Assembly: GCF_001194135.2 (NCBI RefSeq)
Contig: NC_068994.1
Location: 60,251,507 to 60,315,506 of the forward strand
Source: Octopus bimaculoides
Lineage: Eukaryota
DNA: 64,000 nt
Direction of reading: 5' to 3'
A program made the position numbers and the translations under genes. The notes under the pieces are model-generated. The model had not been told where the DNA came from and did not search any database. It was given only the letters and a program-made list of their open reading frames with translations. How positions within the stretch are numbered: position 1 is the stretch's first letter; each line of letters opens with the position of its first letter. Shown piece after piece: positions 36,501-47,720 of this stretch.

Positions 36501-36927
36501 TCTTGCATGCAAAGTTGTATGTGTGTGTATTCAGTGAGAGAGAGAGAAACAAAGAGATAGAGAGAGACTTATTTAAGTGTATATCCATGCTTGCGTGCGC
36601 GTGTATACGTGTGTGTGAATGTGTTTGATAAGACACATCCCATGTGTAGAGTGGACGAGGGAATTAAGCTAAATTCAATAATGTTTTCTGATCGATCTTC
36701 GATTTGCACTGAAGTCACTCTCACTCGAATGTTGAGGGACGACTAAGTTGTTGTTGATGAAGAATCGTTCCAGCCGTAACCATCTATCCTTTTTTGTATT
36801 TTCTATGATGTCAGTGTTCAGCCTATCCTTTCTTCAAGATGGTGGCATTGGCAGTTGATAGAGATTTCGTTGCCACATCTAACAGGTCAAGCGACTATAA
36901 TGAGGTCATTTCATTGATTCCTGTTCT

Positions 36928-36986
<59 letters not shown>

Positions 36987-38788
36987 TGTTGCTGCTGCTG
37001 CTGTTGTTTGCTGTGAGCGGACAAGTATACAAAACTCAAGCTTGGAACGTGATTTTTACCAGATTACCAAATAAAAAAATATTTCTTTGATTCTTTTCAC
37101 TAATAGAAAGGTCTTTCGGAATATTTAAACTTCTCTCCCATTTCCTGGGGAGAGGAATAGCTAAACATTGTCCCTAACTGTATTTAAAGTTTTACACAGT
37201 AGCCATTTGTACTGTTTGTAGTTCAGAATGCCCGCCTGTGTGGTGGCAGGGACAAATTCTAACCACAACAAAAGCAAACGTCTCAACATTGAATACAACC
37301 AGCGAATTTTGTAAATACAAAAACGAACTTCAAAAATATAAATAGAAAACTTGACAATGTAGCAGGCAGTCACGGTTTCAAACACAAACGTTGGTAATTA
37401 TAAATTTAAAGCGAGAGAAAATGATAAAACATTGACGTAAATGACAAAAAAACTTTAAACCGTAACGGAAGCACCATCACAAACAACTGTTCTTTTACTA
37501 GCGTAGCTAATTAATGGGTTGTAATAGACTTGAGTAATGTTCAGGGAAAACAAAAATGTAGGAGGGTTATGGCAAGAAGGAAGGGCCTCTTTACTCGAAA
37601 CTGTTATCCAAGAACGATCTAAAAGGAAGTCGATATAACTTTGTTTTACCAGAATGGAGTTGAGGGTGCGCTGTTCGCAGTCTTGCAAGATGCATTTCCT
37701 TAAAACAAAATATATAGAACTATCTGCTTGTTATTTATAACTGACAATGATGTGAGAAGGACAGCAGAGGTCGTATGCCACTTTTTTGCCTCTTGGATAA
37801 TGCCGCAATACAATGGCAGGGTGGTACTATGGCATTTTATCAGGCTACTTTGCATTGACACATATTTTCGTCGAAATGACTTCTTTTTTATCAAAACGAA
37901 TCTTCACAGAATATTTTTGTACATTTAACACTTTATAGAATTTTGTTTCTCAACAGTAACCCGATTATCCTGTTGACATCAAATTTTGAGATCAACCAAT
38001 CAGGCTATACGATACAAAATTCATTAGATCTTCTAGGTCTGGTCGATAACGATTATTTCTGCTTATAATCGAGATGAAGTCTGCGTTGAGTAGAAGGGTA
38101 GCCCATAGTTTTTTTTAGAAGTAAGCAACAAAATGATGTCAACGATGTCGTATATTGAAGATATGGAACGTACTCAATATGCAGAAGGCGAATATCTATT
38201 GATAGGAATGAAATTCAGAATCAGCCAACTTAACCTCAATTACACATCGAAGCAAAAACGACAGAATAGAAAATGCAGGTTGCAGCTGATCATTGACTTC
38301 TTGGTGTAAGCATGAGGTTTCAGTGATCTAATGAGTTAGCTTCCATTTCTTGCATTCATTTGTGAGCATAGAATTATGCTGAAATTATTATGCTGAAATG
38401 AAAGTATTATGCTGAAATGACATATTAATGCAAACAAAGTATGTTTAGCCGCATAATTTCTTCAATATTAAGAAGAATACATGAAAAAGACTACGAAACA
38501 GCCGTAACCCTATGGACGTCGCGTGGATAAATAAATATATATTCAGATCTCATACTTTCTGACTTTGTGGGTTTTTGTACTCCTCATGAAATATCTTCAT
38601 CGAACGGATCTTCTGAACTTTCAGTTCCATGGACACTCTACAGTACACTTCTTTGTAACTGATTATTATGTGGACTGATAGCTGAGGTCCGTAAGAGGAG
38701 CTTACTGTGACGGCCGCAAAATTATCTGAATTCACATCTTAAACTATTCATTTATGTATGCATGTATGTATGTATGTATGTATGTATG

Positions 38789-38820
<32 letters not shown>

Positions 38821-39799
38821 CGCGCGTGACTGTGTGTGTGTGTTTGTTTGTTTGTTTGCGTGGCTTTCTACGCTATAGTAAACAATAGCAGACCACAGAC
38901 GTCTGCTCCATATTTCTGCATCCTCAACAACACCTGTCCACTTTCTGTAGGGAGAGTGGCTGCAAGATAGAAAAGTGAGATCGATACCCACCCTACCTCA
39001 GCTTTCACATAGCATCACTCACAACATCGAGCTCTAATCATTAACACAAACACAAACACCACCACCAACAACACCACTGCTAGGGGCACCACCTACACAA
39101 TCCACATCTCACGATAATCACATGAATATCACTAATATCTACCTTACCGATCATTAATCCCCTGCTGCTGCTGCTACTACTGCTACTACTACCTTTCAAA
39201 CTCGTTATAACTCTTAACACAAGATTTTTCTCCCCACCACCACCCTCTCTTATTAAACCCTCTACCACCACCACCGCGACCACCGTTATAATCATCACTA
39301 TTAANNNNNNNNNNNNNNNNNNNNNNNNNNNNNNNNNNNNNNNNNNNNNNNNNNNNNNNNNNNNNNNNNNNNNNNNNNNNNNNNNNNNNNNNNNNNNNNN
39401 NNNNNNNNNNNNNNNNNNNNNNNNNNNNNNNNNNNNNNNNNNNNNNNNNNNNNNNNCATTCACACCTGCAACTTCAAACACTGCCACCACCCATACCACC
39501 ACCACCACCACCACAAACTCGCACACACGCATACAATGACATACTCACGCGCGCATTTACCACCCTACCCCTAGACAACACCCCCCAGAAATTCAACATA
39601 GCCACCGCCGTCACCACCACCACCACCACCATCAGCGCCGCCCCACCAATCGATAACAAAGCTAATCAAAGACGGAAAATGGCAAGAGACAATGGCAGCG
39701 AAAGGAGACGGCAGCCATCATAGACTTCGGATCAATACTGTCACAGCCATTGCTGCTGCTGCTGCTGCTGATGTTGTTGTTGTTGTTATTGTAGTAGTT

Positions 39800-39832
<33 letters not shown>

Positions 39833-40085
39833 ATAGTAGTAGTAGTAGTAGTAGTAGTAGTTTGTTTTGTTGGTGTTGTTGTTGTTGGTGTTGTTGCTGC
39901 TCTTCTTCTGTTGATGGTGGCGGCGGGAGTGGTAGCGGTGGTGATACTATCCAAGTTGCTGCTGTAGGTCAATACGTTGATGATGATGGTGATGACGATG
40001 ACGATAATGATGATGATGAGGAGGAGGAGGAGAAGGAAGCGGAGGGGGAGATCGAGGACGGAGAGGAGGATTGTTACGAACAGGC

Positions 40086-40119
<34 letters not shown>

Positions 40120-40854
40120 ACTACTGTTTGACGGATGTAGTGGTGTTGGTGTTGCTGTTGTTGTTAACGGTGGTGATAGTAGTGGCGGCTGTAGTTGTTG
40201 GTGTTGTGTTGGGGGTAGTATTTCCCGCGCTGCTGCTGCTGCTCATAGTTTTCCATTTCCATTGATGTTAACAATATTGCTTTTGCGTTGTTATGATTGT
40301 TATTGTTGTAGTTGTTGATATTACAAGCTGCAATTATTATTGTTTTTGTTGTTCAATTTGCGGCTGCCTTACTATTATTTCCAGATTGCCGCCCCTAGTG
40401 ACATACTTTGTTCTCAACATCATCGTTAGGGGGCGCACCACCTGATTTTCATAAGTTAGTGGAGAAAAAAAAATGGAAGAAAGCACTTAAGGAAGTAAAA
40501 CATGTTTAAACATTCATCGATGTGTACAACACACATTCACGAACTCACGCACATACACATAACGCACACAACACACACAAACACACATGTACACATGTAC
40601 ACACACACACGTACACGCACGCACGCGCGCGCACATACAAACCTTAGCATAAACATCAGAAATGCGTAAATGAGATGAGGGTGGATGGGCAGAATCTGTT
40701 TAGGATGAAGGGCGAATTTCAAGCGCTGAGAACTTGTAGGAATCTATTCGTACAAGTTTTTAATCTTTAGTCTTTAATTTTACAAATTTCTATGAAACTT
40801 TGTATTAAGTAACTGTTTAAGTCTTCGGGTTTACATAAGATACATACATACATA

Positions 40855-41880
40855 CAACAACAAAACAATATCCCACAATGAATTTGCAGTACCGGTGTTG
40901 ATCCCAACATTTGATTGGTCTGTAGAGGAAATCCACTCCATAGATATCAAAACTCACAAAATTCTGACAACTGGGAACTTCCACAGAAACAGTGATGTTG
41001 ACAGGCTCTACCTAAGAAGAAATGAAGGTGGCGGAGGCCTGAGATCAGTGCAAACAGCCTTCGAATGTCATATGGTATCACTCAGGCGGCACCTGCTGAA
41101 CAACAGCAGCAAAAATAAACATATTAATGCAATGCTGAAAAGTGAAGTGAGCAACGTTGTACGAGTTGGCAGTGAACTCCTCAAGAAACACTCTCTTCCT
41201 GAGATCTCCTATACAGCCCCAAAACAGCTGGGCTCTCTTACCTCAGAGAAGATCTGGATGGAAAGCACTCGGCATACAAAAAAAAAAAGACTATGCATGG
41301 GTATGTTGCCCAGAAGCTTGAAGAAGACAGAATTGACACAAGTGCAGCCTCTCTTGGACACAAGACCACTACATCACATCACACTTTGGAGGCTATGCAT
41401 TTGCAATCCAGGAATAGGAGATTGCCACAAAGTACCTGGTGAACAAGAGAGACAATGAGGCTCTTGTAATCCCAAGGTGCAACATCATGTGTAGGCTGTG
41501 TCATGTTTCTGTGGAAGACATTACCCATGTGATTAGCAACTGTCCTAAAATGTCACGGTACTACGTTCCTATGCGGCACGATGTTGTCACTAATACAATT
41601 TATAATGTCATCCGCAAAAAAGACTTTCCTGAAATAAACTTAGAAAAACCAACTGCTATGGAATACGTTCATAAGCCAACTCAAGGAATACTGGTGGAAT
41701 ATTCCCGTCAAATCATTTGTCAAATGTAAACATAACAGGCCGGATATTGTTGTTTGGGACAGCGGGGTAAAGGTATGTACCATCATAGAGGTCAGCTGCC
41801 CTACAGATATAAATATCTCTTCGAAAATAAAGAAAAAGAAGACATCTATGGACAACTGCTTCGATACCTCCAGCTTCTAT
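40855..41880 (+). mobile_element. R4/Dong-type non-LTR fragment, same family as 2500-3860 and better preserved
   Basis: DVDRLYLRRNEGGGGLRSV, CRLCHVSVEDITHVISNCP..RHDVV (CCHC) and KHNRPDIVVWD..IEVSCPTDINI (RLE). Confidence 0.92.
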
Positions 41881-42149
41881 AACCGAAAAAAAGTAAAAAG
41901 ACGAAAATATTGAAAGTCGAAAACTAATCTCCTCTGTGACCCTTCCTTGATATCACTTGTTTCACTGTAACTAGTGTTTGCAGTATTTAACATTCTTGCA
42001 CCAAGTTTGAGAATGTATCTTCTTTTGTTAGTCTGTTGGAATCCAGTAATATTTCGAAATCTAGTTTTATCCTCACCTAACAACTCTCTCAGAGTTGTTA
42101 AAAAGAAAAAAAAAAAAGGCCAAAAGATGGATAAGTAGTTACCCAAATA

Positions 42150-42570
42150 GAAAAAAAAAGGATACTAATGAAAAATTGCGATCTTAAGAAAGGCATAAGT
42201 AAACTGGATCAGCGAAAGCTAGGAAATTAAAAGAAAAAAAACAGAAAGATAGGTTAGAAGAAATGTTTCAGGTAAAAAGAGGCAAAGAACTGGAAGAACG
42301 ATTGAAGAACTAAAGCAGAAGGTAAAGACAAAAGATTACTTAATCAGAAATTACGACGAAAAATCCAACCAATAGCAAAATTACATCTTTTAATCAAACC
42401 AGAGACATCTGTTTTCGAGGGAGATGAGAGTAATGATAAGAAAAGACCGAATTCTGAAGAAAACAAGCTTTTTGTGGGAGAAAGTAGAAAGAAAAAATGC
42501 TAAGCACCGTAATAAAAGTAAAATGGATAAAATTAGAGAGAAAATGTTGTGGTGTAGAAGGATGTTAGCA
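42150..42570 (+). mobile_element. R4-type element pre-RT (N-terminal) region, decayed
   Basis: Frameshifted IEELKQKVKTKDYLIRNYDEKSNQ and TSFLWEKVERKNAKHRNKSKMDKI resemble IEELKQR..A...RY....QY.QN.LF..FW..IW....HN..A.W. Confidence 0.6.
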
Positions 42571-42879
42571 TCAGGAAAGTATATACTGGAAATAATTAAA
42601 AAGAAAGGTAAGAGAAAAGAAAGCAGACGACCAGAGCTGGTCCATGGCAGACGACCATAATTAGTCCATGGTTACTGGTTGAAAGAGTTTACGAGTCTCC
42701 ATGAAACGATTGTGATGCAGCTATATGTCAATGATGTATGTATTACCGTGGTTAACAAAAGGAAGAAGATCCCTAACACTGAAAGACAAGGAAACTGCTG
42801 ACACTAAGCAAGACGCACCACCCAAAATCAGACGATCACAGCATAGAGTCTGGTAAAGGAAGACAGACGACTACGCAAG

Positions 42880-43560
42880 AGAATGAAAGAGAAGTAAATA
42901 AAATACAGGAGATCAGGTAAAGTAAAAGAATTATATAAGGTAAAGGAAGAAAAGTGGTAAAAAAAACGGGGGGTTGTAAAGAAAGTGGTCAGAATGAGAT
43001 GAAGACTGACAAATATATAAAGGTAAGGAAATACAAGTAGGTATGTTTAAAGGAGCATATTTAAGTAAGATAATAGATGAGAACAAAATAAGATAAAGGA
43101 CCTGATAAAGTAAGATAAAGGGCTAAATAACATAAAGGACCAGAGAATAACGAAAAGGAGCGCAACTAAATAAGATAAAAGGAACTGACACTCTTTAGAC
43201 TTCTTTATAGAGTTCTGTGTTTATTGTATTTCATTGTTCTCTTCATTTACCGTGTTTCTAAAGAAGAGGACTGAATTAGGTAAAGGAACACAAGTGAAGG
43301 AACGCAAGCTGCACAAAAGAAGGCAACTAAAAACGGGAAATGGAAAGCATTAAAAAGAAATTGTTAAAAGATCAGTAAATACCATAAAGTAAAAGGGGTG
43401 AATAAGTTGAAGGAATGAAGAATGGGATTAAATTAAGATAAAGGGACACATGAGGTAGAAGAACAGAACGAAATAAGAGACAGAAGTAATTTAGCCAAGA
43501 GAAAATAATTAAGTTAAAAGAGCAGAATATATTAAGGAATACAACGCAATGACAATAATG
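42880..43560. repeat. Degenerate purine-rich tandem repeat (AAATAAGATAAAAGGA-like units)
   Basis: TAAGATAAAGG and AAATAAGATAAAAGG variants recur at roughly 20-30 nt spacing, and again near 44090-44160. Confidence 0.5.
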
Positions 43561-45425
43561 AAAGCTCGTTTAAAATCACTAAATAATACGATAAAATCTT
43601 TGTCATCGGCTGATGTCTGAAACGTCTATATTGGGCTTTAATTGGAAGGTTTTAATTGGAAAGATCTTAATTTTTCATTCTGTATGCTTCTTTCTGGATG
43701 AACAATAAGTTTTCTCTTTGGAGATCGAAACAACAAAACTTTCAAGCCAAAAAAAAAAAAAGAACATTACAGAAGGTAAAACATGCTGCTGCCATTTTAA
43801 GTAGGGGAAACTGGCGAATGGCTGACCTGTTACCTGAAGGGGAAGACCTTAATGAATAGGTTGCCGTCGATACTATTGCTTTGTTTAATCAAATTAACAT
43901 TGCTGTATGGAAGAATCATAGGATTTTGCACAGTTGTGCCGTAATGTTTGCGGGGCCGAAATACGAGTACCACTGGGTCGATGGTCAGATTGTGAAAAAA
44001 TCGATCAAGCGCTCTGCCCCCAAATATATTGATCACCTGATGACTTGTGTACAAGACCGGTTTGCTGTTGAAACACGAAACAAAAATATTAATAAGATAA
44101 GGTTACACAACAAAAAAGGGAAGAGAACAAAATAAGTTAAAGGAAAAGTATTAAAATTGAGATAAACTGAAAATTATTTATGAGGAATATGTTTCTTTTT
44201 TTTTACACACATTTTTCAGTGACCCTCTTTCGGAAAATGAGACTACGGCAATATACATGAATAAAATTTAGAGAAAAATTAAACCACAATCTATATACAA
44301 CATTGGATCTCAACTAAGGATCTCAAGACAAAATAGTATCAGAAATCGAATGTTTAAATGAAAGAAAAGTTGTTAATAATGAAACTGGTTGCTTTGAGTT
44401 TGTGTATTTATGTATAACTTTGTATTGATGCTTGAATAATTGTTGTGTGAAATATTTTATCCGTATTTCTGTTCCAGTACTGTATCCGTAGTTACATAAA
44501 TCTCTTCAATAGATAATGGTAATTAGTCATCCATTTTCTGTCATCTAGGCAGGGAGGGATGGGCACCGCCTCTGTTCCTATATTTATCAGAATATTTGAG
44601 ACATGACTAAAAAAGGAGAAATGATCGCAAATCAAAACTTGGTATGAATTCTTCTAACGAAGTGAACTCCACAGAAACTCCCAAAGGACCAGGTGCTTGT
44701 GTTCAACAAGCTGACCTACATCCATACATCTTTTTCTGTTGTCTTTGTTTGAACTCATTACTACAGTGAAGTAAGTGTTGATGAGGTGATTCGTATCTCA
44801 TCTGTTCTCTGCGAGACATTATATACTTGTTGCCTTCGCATCTAAAATCTTTATGTTAAAGTCAGCCATGTTGTAGATACATAGTTGTATACTAAAAAGT
44901 TTTCAGTCGTGTGAAGGTCTTTCCCATTATAAAACCACAACTATTTTTACTTGGTTTAACTCAGGTTCGGTTTTATTCTTGATAGGATTTATGTGGGTAG
45001 CGGGTTACTACCTGTAACCTTAAGTATTCTATTATTATTATTAGTAGTAGTAGTATGCACTTTCTTCTGCACCCACCTCCACAACTCCATGCTATTCGCC
45101 TTTGCCTTCTATCCCTGGCTCTATTCAATTCACTTGTGTTGTACAACTGCTATTGAAGTGTTTTCATATCTGACATCTGCAGCTACAATATTTGCCAACA
45201 TCCGCTGTTTAATTGTTCCTTTATTCTTTCCACTCATACATATTAAAATAAAAAAGAAAGCCAACGATATACGTTGGTGTACTGCAAAAAGAAATGATAA
45301 CTATCTCTTCCTCACGGCACATTAACAAACTTCATTTTCATTTTTTGCATTTATCGAAATTGATGTTTTCGGCCACTCTCTACCTACCACAACTCTTACC
45401 ATTCCTTTCATTATATTTCATTCCA

Positions 45426-45466
<41 letters not shown>

Positions 45467-45823
45467 CTCTTCTATAATGCAATATATTCACAAGCGTTTT
45501 AAACTGCCTTCTCTTTTCTCCATTAACGCTCTTTTATAATGTTCTCATTTAGACATTCATCAATGTATTAAGCTGCTGTTCTGCATTATATAGATCTGTG
45601 CTTGCTGTGTTAAACCACCGATCCCAATTAGACAGCCATCACCCTGCTAGATTGTTTTACATCGTTCATTCTCAACTCTATTAAACTTCCTTATCACACA
45701 CATACACACACAGCTGTATGAAATGCTCCTAAAATGTTTAGACACACACATACACACGCACATACATATAACTGTTTGTCATTATTCTACGTCACATACA
45801 TCCAGCGCTATATAAAATTTCTA

Positions 45824-46225
45824 TCAGGTCATCCTATAAGTTCTGTCCGATTTTACCTTTTTTAAATTTGAAATTTAATAGTATTTTAGCATGTCTAATG
45901 GAATTTAAAATTATTTTTATGCATTTGTGTACATTTAAACTAATTAGATATTATTTTACAGAATAAAAGAATTAGAATTTCTTTGATTAAAACCCTTTCT
46001 AACATGGAAGTATCCAAAGAGCATTTAAGGCAGCTAATGCTTTATGAGTACAAAAAAGGAAACTCTGCAGCCGAAGCAACTCGAAATATACTCTCAGTTT
46101 ATGGGAAAGAATGCTTGAATGAAAGAACTTGCAGAAGATGGTTTGCAAAATTCACAAGTGGAGATTTCAGCCTTGAAGATGAAGATCGAACAGGACATCC
46201 AGTTGAGTTTGATGATAAGCTCCTT
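45824..46225 (+). mobile_element. Mariner transposon 5' half (TIR plus HTH), interrupted
   Basis: TA|TCAGGTCATCCTATAAGTTCTGTCCG TIR, then MEVSKEHLRQLMLYEYKKGNSAAEATRNI..RTCRRWFAKF.SGDFSLEDEDRTGHP. Confidence 0.9.
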
Positions 46226-46780
46226 GCGGCAGGCTCCTTTCAGTTTCCGAGAGAGAGCTGAACAATGGTATGAACAGAAACCAGCGGGAGTAATGGAAAA
46301 TGAACATTACAAAATGCTCTGGGATTTTAATATGCAGTGCGACCAAGTCATAGAGGCGAGATGACCAGATATCGTGACCATCCATAAAGATGAAAAAGAA
46401 GTAAAGATACTAGATGTTGCAATACCATGTGATTCGAGAGTGAAAGGTAAGGAAACAGAAAAGATTGAGAAATACCAACCACTGCGGGATGAAATAGGAA
46501 AGTCATGGGACACGAGGAAAGTAATGGTGATACCGGTGGTGGTTGGAGCATTAGGAGCGGTTTCCAAGGGCTTTGAAAAACATATTAAGAATATTGGAGC
46601 AGCTGTCGGGCTCCAGGTGATCCAGGAGACAGCATTGTTGGGTGCAACTCGCATTCTAAGGAGAGTATCGTCTCTTTGAGTCACAGGAGAAGAAGGCACT
46701 ACTTGAAACGTTTCGGGATTTGTTGTTGCCTGCCTCCAAGTAAAGAATAACCAGAAATTAAGAACTATCCGAGAGTCTTT

Positions 46781-46782
<2 letters not shown>
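46226..46782 (+). mobile_element. R4-type non-LTR 3' end (RLE plus 3' UTR), followed by (TAA)n/(TGA)n to 46883
   Basis: WYEQKP..LWDFNMQCDQVIEAR*PDIV..ILDVAIP..KIEKYQPL..IPVVVGALG..QETALLGATRILRRV. Confidence 0.92.
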
Positions 46783-46842
<60 letters not shown>

Positions 46843-46883
46843 TGATGATGATGATGATGATAATAATAATAATAATAATAATA

Positions 46884-47050
46884 CAATCTGGATGTATTAC
46901 AAAAGTCGGCATTACTTGGAACTGCATGCATATTGCGTAAAGTACTGTCTGTCTGAGGTCCTTGTTGTGACTTGACAAACAGTACAAACCCCTCGGTACA
47001 CACAATATCTTCAATCAACAACCTCACAATATTGTATACTATGCGACGTC

Positions 47051-47052
<2 letters not shown>
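46884..47052 (+). mobile_element. Second R4-type extreme 3' end, followed by (TAA)n 47053-47119
   Basis: NLDVLQKSALLGTACILRKVLSV*, then a short 3' UTR different from the preceding copy. Confidence 0.85.
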
Positions 47053-47105
<53 letters not shown>

Positions 47106-47119
47106 GTAATAATAATAAT

Positions 47120-47720
47120 CTCTTGGCCTCCGGAGGACGCCCGATACTAAGGCAGCTGAAATAAAGTTATAATGAAAGGAAACCATAAATGATAGATGGA
47201 ACAAACAAGTCAGTGCTGTGTTCATGGAGTGTTACTACCTGAGCAATCCTGTAGACGAAAATGGTGTTCAGATTAGGGGATGCCGACAACGTATGTATGG
47301 TCAATAGAGGGAAAGAGGATTGTTTTAACTCACGGAACGGAGATTATGTGATCAAGCTGGAGCATTAAGAAAAAACCGTTGGTTCACAGAAGCAGAGCTC
47401 GAAGCTATCAAAAGACGGGTATTGGAAAACAGAGAGAGAGAGGGAACGATGGAAATACGGTTCCTACTGATAAAAGTAATCTCACAGCAGGAAACAGAGG
47501 TGAAATCCCTAATAAACTACAGGAAAGGAACAGTGATAGCTTGTTCGATGAGAGACATGTAGATGGTTTGGAAGAAGACAATAAAACTAATGGTGACGTC
47601 ACACATGGACAAAAGGCAATCTACGACAGAATAAAGGCAAGGTTACAGGCAGCAAGAAACATAATGGAAGTGACACAAGTAAAGGTCCATGGTGGAAAAG
47701 AAGAAGACAGGCGGGGTTAG
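47120..47720 (+). mobile_element. R4-type element 5' end (N-terminal ORF region)
   Basis: RWNKQVSAVFMECYYLSNPVDENGVQIRGCRQRM..TERRLCDQAGALRKNRWFTEAELEAIKRRV is the typical R4/Dong N-terminal Myb-like region. Confidence 0.85.

Noticed and set aside
43800-44135. 84-aa ORF with ordinary composition (43881-44135)
   Set aside because: No recognisable domain or clear splice signals, and an in-frame stop lies just upstream. Possibly an unrecognised TE remnant.
5491-47601. Three perfect CRE palindromes TGACGTCA (5491, 32931, 47594)
   Set aside because: One lies inside an R4 relic, the count is only modestly above chance, and no promoter context is demonstrable.
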